Source: Neophaeotheca triangularis (Eukaryota). From it: 64,000 nt of DNA. The translations under genes and the position numbers were made by a program. The stretch is taken from the NCBI GenBank assembly GCA_054600435.1, contig BAAIJX010000007.1, positions 434,001 through 498,000 on the forward strand. Direction: 5' to 3'. Numbering within the stretch: the first letter of the stretch is position 1; every line of letters begins with the position of its first letter. This document shows positions 1 to 10,332 of the stretch, in pieces. A model generated the notes under the pieces. That model saw only the letters and a program-made list of their open reading frames with translations. It was not told the origin of the DNA and ran no database searches.

Positions 1-31
1 ACCAACGCCGCCCAACTCAAACCATGAAAAC

Positions 32-1090
32 CTACCTCTCGCTCCCGACAAACCCCCCCATCAACCTCCTAGGCTCCTCGCCACCGCCCTCAAAAGCGTC
101 AGCAAAAGCCTCGACCCCAGCCTCAATTCCCTCCTCAACCGAGCAATTCTCCCACTTCAGCATAAGCCTCTTCTGCGCAGCAACAGCCCCGGGCCCCATG
201 CCCGCAATCCTCCGCACCCACTCCGTCACCACCGCATCCAACCCCGCCTCGGCATCCTCAACAACCCTCTCCACCAAGCCCCAACGCTCGGCTTCCACGC
301 CCCCGACCTTCTCGCCCAGCAACAGCAACCGCCGCGTCCGCCCCATGCCGATCAACCCCGGCAACAGCGCCGCTTCAACCACGCTAGGGATCCCGACCGC
401 GACCTCGGGCATCCCGAAGACGGACCGCGAAGTCGCGATGCGGAGGTCGCAGGAAGCGGCGATTTCGAGCCCGGCGCCGAGGCAGTAGCCGTCGATGCGC
501 GCGAGCACGGGGATGGGAAGGTCGCGCAGCGCTTGGCAGGCCGTGTGGATTGTGGTTATGAAGGTGCGGGCGGAGGCGGGGGTGGACAGGGCGTGCATTT
601 CGTGGATGGAGGCGCCGGCTGTGAAGGAGGGGGATTTGGGGTTTGGAGGGGCTGGGGCGGCGCCGGTGAGGATTGCGGCGCGTAGGGTTGGGTGCTGGGA
701 GAGGGAGCGGAGGGTAGTAATTAGTTGGTGCAGGAGGGGGGTGGTGAGGATGTTGAGTTTGGTGGGGTTGGAGATTGTTATTGTGGCTGTGGTGCCCCAT
801 TCGAGCTCTGTGAGGGTATGGGAAACGTGTGGCTCGGGGTTTGTAAGGGGTGTGGTTGCGAGTCGTCTGATGGCTGTGCAGCTTGGGGTGTGCCATTGCA
901 CGACAGGAGCTGGCATCGGCCTGGGGACTGCATTGATCGCGGCTGAGAGAGGGTGCAGCACGGTCGAGAACGTCCTGCTTGAGAGCCAGCTTCTCCTAGA
1001 TTTCAAGAGAAGCCAGTCCTGCCTCTCCCTTGAGGAGCGAGCTAGTATCCTGGCGGGTGAAGCAATCCTGCTTGGTCGAGACCATGCCAT
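32..1090 (-). CDS. Enoyl-CoA hydratase/isomerase (crotonase) family protein, probably mitochondrial
   Basis: 352-aa intronless ORF with crotonase motifs (FTAGASIHEM, ARIDGYCLGAGLEIAASCDLRIA, FGMPEVAVGIP). R/S-rich N-terminus resembles a presequence; start could be a later Met. Confidence 0.88.
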   Translation of the reverse strand: MAWSRPSRIASPARILARSSRERQDWLLLKSRRSWLSSRTFSTVLHPLSAAINAVPRPMPAPVVQWHTPSCTAIRRLATTPLTNPEPHVSHTLTELEWGTTATITISNPTKLNILTTPLLHQLITTLRSLSQHPTLRAAILTGAAPAPPNPKSPSFTAGASIHEMHALSTPASARTFITTIHTACQALRDLPIPVLARIDGYCLGAGLEIAASCDLRIATSRSVFGMPEVAVGIPSVVEAALLPGLIGMGRTRRLLLLGEKVGGVEAERWGLVERVVEDAEAGLDAVVTEWVRRIAGMGPGAVAAQKRLMLKWENCSVEEGIEAGVEAFADAFEGGGEEPRRLMGGFVGSER

Positions 1091-1538
1091 GTTTCTCGCT
1101 ACGAGTACGTTAGGCCTCCTTCAAGCGATATTGGCCATCGAGCTGACCTCGTAGCTTGCAGCTCTTCATACCCGGATGGGCAATAGTAGAGCGAGCTCAG
1201 TGCTCGGCGAGTCTTGAGTATGTCTGGGAGATGGTAGATACCGATGGATCAGCCGTGTTTGTCAGTTTTGTGGGCGTTTCGAAGCATTTGCCCCGCCATT
1301 CGATGGACCAGAAGTGGACGCGGGCCAGCTTGCGACCCCGCATGGCGTCAGCTGCAGGCATTAAATGTAAAGAATAAGGTATGCCGCGAAACGAGCTCAA
1401 ATATTAAAGAGAAGGCTAATACTAGTAGTTCAACACTCTCTCCACATACCCTACTTGCCTATACTCACCTTGTCGAGAACCGATTGCTGTCTACTTAGTG
1501 CCAGAACAGATCGACTTACCCATCACCAGAAGCCCAAA

Positions 1539-2972
1539 ATGTCCCAAACGTCGACCATGAAAGCGCTGCATTACGACGGGCCATTCAAGGTCTCTGTCAA
1601 AGACACTCCACTGCCTAAGCTCGAGCATCCAGACGATGTGATCATCAAAGTCACCACAGCGGCAATCTGTGGCTCGGATTTGTGAGATATTCTTCAGTTT
1701 TCCTATAGGAATCAGGCTAAGAAAATCGCCGCAGGCATATGTACCAAGGGAGAACAGCTGCTGAAGGTGGAACCGGCCTGGTCTTCGGGCACGAGGTAAG
1801 GAAAGCGGTCCATGAGGATGAATTTCTCTGACATTCGCCACAAATTAGAACATGGGGATCGTAGAAGAATTGGGAACTGGAGTCACACTTTTGAAGAAGG
1901 GCGATCGCATAGTCTTGCCTTTCAACGTGGCAGATGGTCGGTGCAGAAACTGCGAAGAGGGCAAGACTGCTTTTTGCACAGGTATGGCTCCTATCCCAAC
2001 ACATCCGTTGTTACCGATCGCTGACGGGTAACAGGTGTCAACCCCGGTTTCGCCGGTGGTGCTTACGGATATGTGTGAGTCTCGCATGATTTTTTAGATC
2101 GAAGCGCGAATGTTCACTGACACAAACCAGAGCCATGGGGCCCTACCAGGTCAGTAATTCGAACTTTTCCCTAGAAAAGATTCGCTAATGCAACGTAGGG
2201 GGGCCAAGCCCAGTATCTGAGGATTCCATTCGCCGACTTCAACGCCTTGAAGTTGCCATCGGGAACTGAGCATGAAGCCGATTTTGCACTACTTGCCGAC
2301 ATCTTCCCCACAGGCTGGCATGGACTGGAGCTCGCTGGCTTCCAATCTGGCGAAAGTGTAGCAGTGTTTGGCGCGGGCCCAGTCGGCCTCATGGCTGCGT
2401 ACAGCGGTGTTCTGCGAGGAGCAAGCAACGTGTATGTCGTTGACCAGGTCAAAGAAAGGCTGGATGCCGCAAAGAAGATTGGCTGCATCCCTGTCAACTT
2501 CACGGAGAGTGACCCAGTTGCCAAGATCATCGAGCTCAATGGGGGGATGGTGGACCGAGCGGTAGACGCCGTCGGATACCAAGCCGTCGACAAGTCTGGC
2601 AGCAAGGAAAAGCCAAACGTTGTCTTGGATCAACTCATCATGGTCACTCGACCCACCGGCGGTTTGGGCATTCCTGGTCTATACGTTCCGGCAGACCCTG
2701 GTGCGCCAGATGAGCAAAGCGGAAAAGGCCAGATTTTGATATCTTTCGGCAAACTGTTCGAGAAGGGCCTCAAGCTGGGGACCGGCCAGTGCAATGTTAA
2801 GGCATACAATCGCTATCTGCGCGACATGATCATCGCTGGAAAGGCCAAGCCTTCCTTTGTGGTTTCGCACGAGGTGGACATTGACGATGCACCGAGCGCC
2901 TATGAGAAGTTTGACAAGAGGATTGAGGGGTACACCAAGGTGCTGCTTCATCCAAATGGCCCTCTGTCGTAA
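1539..2972 (+). CDS. Zn-dependent medium-chain dehydrogenase, glutathione-independent formaldehyde dehydrogenase-like
   Basis: Six exons; introns 1682-1734, 1796-1848, 1982-2034, 2075-2130 and 2150-2198 (all GT-AG). Motifs ICGSDLHMY, GHE, NVADGRCRNC..C, LADIFPTGWH and GAGPVG. Confidence 0.9.
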
Positions 2973-3085
2973 TGGCGAGCTCCCGGAGAGATTCAAGCAA
3001 TGCTAGGTGCGGCGTTAGCAGAGTAGCTCCTTAGGAAAAGTAGTCAATCCAATGCTTTTGAAACGGACGATGTCTAGACGCGTGT

Positions 3086-3574
3086 TTAGGCTTCCTCTCC
3101 ATCCGGCACAACGCTTGCCCGAATGATTTTGACCTCCTCTGTAGGCCTGTCGTTTTCGCCAGTCTTGACCAAGCCCATACGCTGCACCACTCTCATGCCG
3201 CTCTTGACGCGGCCGAAGATGGTGTGTTTCCCGTCCAACCAAGGCGTCGGCGCAAGCGTGATGAAGAACTGGCTGCCATTGGTGTTTGGTCCCGAGTTCG
3301 CCATGGAAAGTATTCCCGCCCCAGTATGCCTGAGTGATTTGTGAATCTCGTCCTCGAACTGTCCCCCGTAAATGCTCTCGCCTCCGCTTCCTGTGCCGGT
3401 AGGATCTCCTCCCTGAATCATGAAGTTGGGAATCACGCGGTGGAAGATCAGGTCGTTGTAGTAGTTACGCGACGCGAGGGTTGCGAAATTGTTGCAGGTC
3501 TTGGGTGCGTGCTCGGTGTATAGCTCAACGACGATAGACCCCATGGTGGTCTCCAGCAGAACGTTTTGGGCCAT
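3086..3574 (-). CDS. Cyclophilin-type peptidyl-prolyl isomerase (PPIL1/Cyp1-like)
   Basis: [38 protein letters not shown] and [15 protein letters not shown] at 3574 ([10 protein letters not shown]). Confidence 0.93.
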   Translation of the reverse strand: MAQNVLLETTMGSIVVELYTEHAPKTCNNFATLASRNYYNDLIFHRVIPNFMIQGGDPTGTGSGGESIYGGQFEDEIHKSLRHTGAGILSMANSGPNTNGSQFFITLAPTPWLDGKHTIFGRVKSGMRVVQRMGLVKTGENDRPTEEVKIIRASVVPDGEEA

Positions 3575-4025
3575 TTTCGCGTTGCTGAATGACCTGGAAG
3601 TGGGAGTGAGGTTGCTGGGTGGGAGGGGTGGGTGATTCAATGACAACCTGGGCAACTATCAAGGTTGAATTTCGTTGCACGATTGTCACGTCTTTGTTCT
3701 TCCACATTTGAGGGTCCGTGCACTGAGCAATTCACCGCAGAGAGCCAGCAAAGCCGCCGCCAATCCATGCCCTTGTGTTTTCGCAGCATCTGCCGACATT
3801 AACCACGCATTGGAAGGATTGAGTTGATTGACTGCACTCGACGGGTTTGAGAACCACCGGAAATGATCCTCAAGTAGACTTGTCACGCAACCACTGACCG
3901 GGGCTGCCTTGGCTACGTTCTAACGCTCACCATCTCGGGACAATGTTGGAGTACTACACATACTTCAACCTTGTGCACTTTCATCGATCCAGCATACCCT
4001 GAACAACCGGAATTTTCAAACGAGA

Positions 4026-5692
4026 ATGATTATGGAACTGTGCTTGCCATTACTAGTCATAGCAGCGGGAAGCTCCTGGCTACTCTACCGATGGACTCGC
4101 TCAGGATGGCTCCTTGGCCTAGTTATTTTCATGCTATCAACTCTCTTCCTGCTTCCTCGCGAATCAGATTGGCGGGCGATCCAACCTCTGTTCCACCTAC
4201 GCTTCCCAGAGGTTGACTTTGACTCTACCTGGAATATCCTGTATCATCTGGGTGGCAATAGCCCTTGGATCCGCAAGATAGATGGTGTGGTAGAGGCGGG
4301 CATCGAGCCTCCAGCTGGGTGCTCAGTGGACCAAGTTGTGATGATGTCGAGACATGCGGAGCGATACCCGACACTCAAAGTGGGCATAAGTACGCCCAAC
4401 TACAAACAGCATAAATTTGTCCGGGAACACGCGGCTAACAAATGATAGGAATGCTGCAACTCTACAACCATATTCAGACCAGCAATGTTACACTGACTGG
4501 GGATCTCGCTTTCGCGAATGACTGGGAGTTTCTGACAGCTAACCCAGCAGAGCATCTCGAAAGCCTAGTGGCTACTGGGCCATACGCAGGGACACTTGAT
4601 GCATTCTCAACCGGTGTAAAGCTGAAGACTAGATACAATGACCTGATCACGGCCGCAGTGGAGCGCAATCAGACCACATTTTGGGCTAGTGACTCGGAAC
4701 GTGTGATCGATACCGCCAAGTACTTCGCGGCTGGATTCTTCGGTATTGACTGGCAAGACATGTCACGTCTGCAAGTAATCCCGGAGACTTCAGACAGGGG
4801 AGCGGACACATTGACACCAGGCGATACCTGCTTCAAGTACGCCAAGGACGTCGACGATAGAGGACATGACTATGGTCGCAAGATGCTTCTCAAGTTTCGC
4901 AAAACTTATCTCCCAAAGATTGCTACTCGGCTACACGAGCATAACCCGAACATCACGTTTACTCATGATGAGATTTATGCAATGCAAGAGCTTTGCGGTT
5001 TCGACACGATTGCCAAAGGTAGCAGTCCCTGGTGCGATGTCTTTACGCGAGATGAGTGGGAAGCCTTCGAGTATGCAAGAGATGTGATACATTACTATCG
5101 CGCTGGACCCGGAAACCCATACTCGGGTACTATGGGGTGGCTGTGGCTGAATGCAACTGCAGAGATATTACGCCAGGGGCCGCAAGCAGGTCCATTGTTC
5201 TTGAGCTTGTAAGTTTGCACCACCTATACTGACGATCTTGTGAAGTCAAAGCTAACCACTCACGACAGTGCTCACGATGGAGATATCGTGCCTATGATTG
5301 CAGCACTCAACTTGTTCCCCCAAAAGCCAGATCTTCCGGCTACTCACGTGCTCCAAAACCGGGCTTGGCGAACATCTTCCGTGGTGCCAATGGGTGGCAG
5401 GATCATACTCGAGAGACTTTCACGGCCAATGCCACGAAACTGCTGGTATGAAAGCCCGATGTACCCCAACCATGTGCACTGTGACCCGCAAGTGTACCAA
5501 TACTTTGTACGGGTCAATGTCAACGACGGGATAGTAACGATACCTGGCTGCGATGATGGCCCTGGCGGTAGCTGTCCGCTTGATGCTTACATTGAACGGA
5601 TCAAGGAAAGGGGAGCAGACGCTGGGGATTTTCGGAAGGTTTGCGGCCTGAAGGAGGACGCGCCAAAGAGCATCAGTTTCTTGCACCAGTAG
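4026..5692 (+). CDS. Histidine acid phosphatase / 3-phytase family, N-terminally membrane-anchored
   Basis: RHAERYP catalytic motif and HD motif (FAHDGDI) after removing introns 4390-4448 and 5209-5268; hydrophobic N-terminus. Confidence 0.88.
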
Positions 5693-6082
5693 ATACGCTT
5701 CGAAATTCGCACATCACACAAAGCTTCCTCCGCTGCGAGGCTCCCCTCCTGTATTGCACTTGGCAGTATGCTGAGAGGGCGATGTTCATTATCCGCCAAG
5801 AAAACAGTCGCCCAAGCTTATCGATAACGTTGCTGGGGAAGGAGGGAATCTAGTGTTGTGTTGTCGGCGGGCTGGCTTCCGCGCGTTTCATCCAACGTCA
5901 CACACTACTGCAGTTCATCTGCGTCCAGCATCCACTTCTCACTACCTTACCGCTTTCGCTTCTACCTCCCTGCTGCACGTCACTCCCTGCACGACATTGA
6001 CGAGCCAGATTGTTACCAAACAGTCAGCAGCTGAACCAAGGTCCCATTCCAGCACGCTCTGCAGCAGGTCTCCCACTCGCAA

Positions 6083-8160
6083 ATGGCGTCTAGCACGCCG
6101 CTGGGCAAGGGTGAACAGCAACACGAGTTTGCCCTCCCTGTCCCGCCGCCCCTCCTCCATACCCGTTCCAACAACGATGTCAACAACAGTGGTCCTGGAA
6201 CCCCCCATCGCGATCAAGATGCCTTCATTTCTCCCTCTCAAACGCCGCAAGGCAGCCCCAGCAAGAACAGAATGCCGCCGGGTGCTTTCGATCTACCAGA
6301 CGTCTTCAGCAATGCCATGACCCTCCTTCCTACCCAAGGACAGCCGAGTAGGCCTCTTCAATCTAGACAACAAGGCTCAGGATCACCGAACAAGAACCTG
6401 CAAGAAGATCCGTTTGCGGGAGACACCAGGGCCGGGGCTCCTGGCAGTCCGACGAGGAAGCAAGGAAAAGAGAACACCCCTCCGCCAGCACAAAGACCCC
6501 CAGTTGCCAAAGATAGCAGCTTCGTCAACCAGGCCGCTGCTAGTAGGAGGGAGCCATACCAATCACGCGATCAGTCACCGACTAGGCAGAGGCAGCAGAT
6601 CGGCGGCGGGTTGACTCCTGAGGAGATTGAGAAGCTTAACAAGCCCAATGTCAAAAGGCTAGCCAACGTCACGCAGCTGTACTTCCTCGACTACTACTAC
6701 GACCTGCTCAAGTACGTGCACGGCCGGCAAACCCGTCTCGCTGCCTTCAAAGCTCACAACCCTCCCCCACCTGCAACACCGCCAGAGCAGTACGAAGAAA
6801 CGCGCAGGCACTATCTGGGAAGCGAACGTGCCAATCTCCGCCAGCGTCGGGTGAAACTCCATCACGGAGATTTCCAAATGCTGACGCAAGTGGGTCAAGG
6901 TGGGTACGGTCAGGTGTACCTTGCGCAGAAACGTGATACGCGCGAAGTATGCGCCCTCAAGATCATGAGCAAGAAGTTGCTCTACAAGCTCGACGAGATC
7001 CGACATGTCTTGACCGAGAGAGACATTCTCACAACAGCTAAGAGCGACTGGCTCGTCCGCCTTTTGTACGCATTCCAAGATGAGAGTTCCATCTACCTCG
7101 CCATGGAATACGTACCCGGAGGCGACTTCCGAACCCTTCTCAACAACACCGGCGTATTACACAACCGCCACGCCCGTTTTTACATCTCTGAGATGTTCCT
7201 GTGCGTCGACGCTCTGCACCAGCTTGGCTACATCCACCGCGACCTCAAGCCCGAGAATTTCCTTATCGATGGCACTGGTCACGTGAAACTCACAGACTTT
7301 GGTCTTGCAGCCGGCTTCCTTGCCCCAGCCAAGATCGAAAGTATGCGCATCAAGCTGGAGTCTGTCGGTAATCTACCACCATCATCGAACCCGTTCTCCG
7401 CTGGCCGGCCAATGGAGGAACGCTCCCTCAAAGAACGCAGAGACGGCTACCGCAGCCTACGTGAGCGAGACGTCAACTACGCAAAGTCCATTGTTGGAAG
7501 CCCCGACTACATGGCGCCGGAAGTGCTCAAGGGTGACGAGTACGATTTCACCGTCGATTACTGGTCCCTTGGCTGCATGCTGTTCGAGGCACTGGCAGGG
7601 TATCCACCTTTCGCTGGCGCCACTGTCGACGAGACCTGGCAAAACCTCAAGCGCTGGCAATCAGTGCTACGCAAGCCTGAGTACGAGGACCCAAACTACT
7701 TCCTGTCCCGTCGTACTTGGGACCTCATCACCCGCCTCATCACGGTGAAGCAAAACCGGCTGCGGGGCATCAAGCAGGTCCAGATGCACGATTACTTCCG
7801 TGAAGTGGCCTGGGACCGCTTGAGGTCTGAGCGCGCTCCGTTCGTGCCTGAGCTCGACTCGGAGACAGACGCCGGGTATTTTGACGACTTTGGAAGCGAG
7901 AAGGACATGGCGAAATACAAGGAGGTGCTGGATAAGCAGGAAGCGCTGGAGCGTATGGCAGAGAGAGAGGGCAAGATGGACCGCAGCCTGTTTGTTGGGT
8001 TTACCTTCAGGTTTGTTTCAGCCGTCACGATGCCAATCACAAAGATATGCTAACGATTCTCGACAGACATCGCAAGCCTACGACGGATGCCGATGGCAAG
8101 CCGTCATCCCCACGCAAGCCATTGAGCGAGGTGAACGAGAATTTTGGCACCATGCTGTAG
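6083..8160 (+). CDS. DBF2: NDR-family Ser/Thr kinase Dbf2/Sid2 (mitotic exit/septation network)
   Basis: LANVTQLYFLDYYYD, VGQGGYGQVYLA, HRDLKPEN, DFG, SIVGSPDYMAPE and C-terminal FVGFTFRH; intron 8011-8066; stop TAG at 8158-8160. Confidence 0.93.
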
Positions 8161-8832
8161 GTGCGGTCAGGGATTGGTTTGTGACGTGGGGTGGCTACCT
8201 TCGACTTCTTTTTGCACTGGTTGCAGCTCTCTCTAGGGTTAGCGATCAGAAGGCAAAAGACGAGCATGGGTATGGGAATGTCTGTGGAGTCGTCTGGCGC
8301 TCTTTCGGTATGCGTGCATAATGATAGGCTGGGGGCACACGTATATCACGATGGGCAAGAATTGAGGTGGCGTTTACGGGACTTGCATTGATGGCCGACA
8401 TGGGTTGCAAGGGTTTATGGTTTGGCGTGGTGCTCATCCGATTATGGTTCGTATGTGGTGCAAGGGAGCAATTGGCAGCGTCTCTCATACTTCGTAGGAA
8501 TTAAGCCATTCGTAGCAGCGTGTATTAGTTCACTCGATCGTTTCACTCTACTGCTTCGTCTTGGCATATCGTCTGTCCCAGGCTAACCGGAAATGGCAGC
8601 GAGCCAGACGAGCTTGAAGTCCGCACAATGAGGTGGTCCGTGCGTCTGGAAGTTCGACCGGCAGCACCTCGCAAAGCTTCACCCATTTCACGAGAAAGGT
8701 CACTTGTTGCCGCCCACCACCGCACCCGACCCTTCACACTCCCACCGACACCACCACTCATCTCCGCCCGCTCGTCAACTTGACTCCATACCTTTCACCC
8801 TCAAAGCAAAAGGAAGCCGTCCAACCACAAAG

Positions 8833-9679
8833 ATGGATCACGAGAAGCTGGCCCGTATGCAAAATGCTGTGCGCATCGGTATGTCAGCTACAAACGCCGT
8901 ACCGCTGCTCAATTGTTCCGCAGTATGGCCCCACGAAAATATTGAGATGCTAACAATGCTGCAGGGTAAGCCTTCACCGTCCCCCATGACCCCCTTCCAG
9001 TCGTTCCGGCACCGACCGCCATGAAACATACAATTACACTCCGAGCGGCGCGCACACCTGCCGAATGCGCCAAGTGGAGTTAAGGCAGCGGTAAATAATG
9101 ACGGAACTGACAAAATACGATACAGCGGCAAGGGTACTCCCCGCAGAAAGGTGAAGAAGGTCAACAGGAACTCGGGCGCCGACGACAAGAAGCTCCAGGC
9201 TACGCTCAAGAAGATGAACGTGCAGCCCATCCAGGCCATTGAGGAGGTCAACATGTTCAAGTCGGACGGCAACGTCATCCACTTCAGCGCGCCCAAGGGT
9301 AGGTTTCCACACATCCTTTGAAGGAGGAAGTCGGCGGCTGTCTGCACTCGCAGCGCGCAACTCTCCTGCCAAGCAAGAAGAGAGAACGGTCAGCTAACCG
9401 AGGCGCCCGTTTGCTTACTGTACAGTCCACGCCTCGGTCCCCTCCAACACTTTCGCCCTCTACGGCAACGGTGAGGACAAGGAGCTCACCGAGCTCGTCC
9501 CCGGCATCCTCAACCAGCTCGGCCCCGACTCGCTCGCCAGCCTGCGCAAGCTGGCCGAATCCTACCAGAGCCTGCAGAAGGGCGGCGAGGGCGAGGAGGG
9601 TAAGAAGGACGACGATGACGACGAGATACCCGACTTGGTCGAGGGCGAGAACTTCGAGAGCAAGGGCGACGTCGAGTAA
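8833..9679 (+). CDS. EGD1: Nascent polypeptide-associated complex subunit beta (BTF3)
   Basis: Exons 8833-8878, 8965 (1 nt), 9126-9298 and 9426-9679 give [27 protein letters not shown]...[27 protein letters not shown]...[19 protein letters not shown]. Confidence 0.93.
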
Positions 9680-10332
9680 GAATGTTCCCACATCTTCTCT
9701 CTCGACACACCACACAGACTTCGAAGCAAAAGGGGGAATGAGACTTTGTTGAATGGCGGGTGCGTCATGACAGAGGCGCATGTGCTTACGGATCGGCTGT
9801 TTTTTCTCGCTGCGGCTTTCTCTGCGCTGCGCTTGAAAGTTGCAAAGGCACTTGCGTGAGCCGGTTCATTCGGATGGGCGTTTTGCGAGCTGTCGTGGGC
9901 AGGCTATCACTTTCTGTGCATAGGGCTCGAGCGTTGTATACTAGATACTCCGCAAAAATGCAAACACGTTACTCACGACCTAGCAATGATATGACGTGAT
10001 CAAGGGGTAGTCTTGTGGTGGAGTAGGGAACGGTGTAATGGCAGATGTTCTCAAGTGAGCGAAATAAATAAACGACTTGGCGGATGGAGTGGACTTTGAG
10101 GAACTGGCAACATATGACAGCCATGAAAAAGCGGGTATCTCAAAAAGCAAACGAAGAAGAGCAAACCGTCCATCTAGCCACCCACACCATCCACCACTCT
10201 CGAAAAGGCAAGGAAAGCAACTGCTGTAAGCAAAACCATCATGAAACCCACCACACAGCCATCAACATCGCCACCACTGGCAAGCATTCAGCCAGCAGAC
10301 CACACCGGCCACACCTCTGGCTCAGTCGCACA

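Noticed and set aside
24..1154. Long + strand ORFs opposite the enoyl-CoA hydratase, and similar antisense ORFs throughout (e.g. 10084-10794, 15988-16803, 54085-54843, 57737-58465)
   Set aside because: Shadow ORFs of GC-rich coding sequence with no independent motifs.
3575..3655. TTG-initiated extension of the cyclophilin ending RSFS (presequence-like)
   Set aside because: Short, the TTG immediately follows a stop codon in poor context, and PPIL1-type cyclophilins are spliceosomal; most likely plain 5' UTR.
8878..8970. Stwintron (nested intron) interpretation of the EGD1 5' introns
   Set aside because: Removing the first intron joins G to G rather than rebuilding a split GT donor, and the reading frame needs the intervening G to be exonic.
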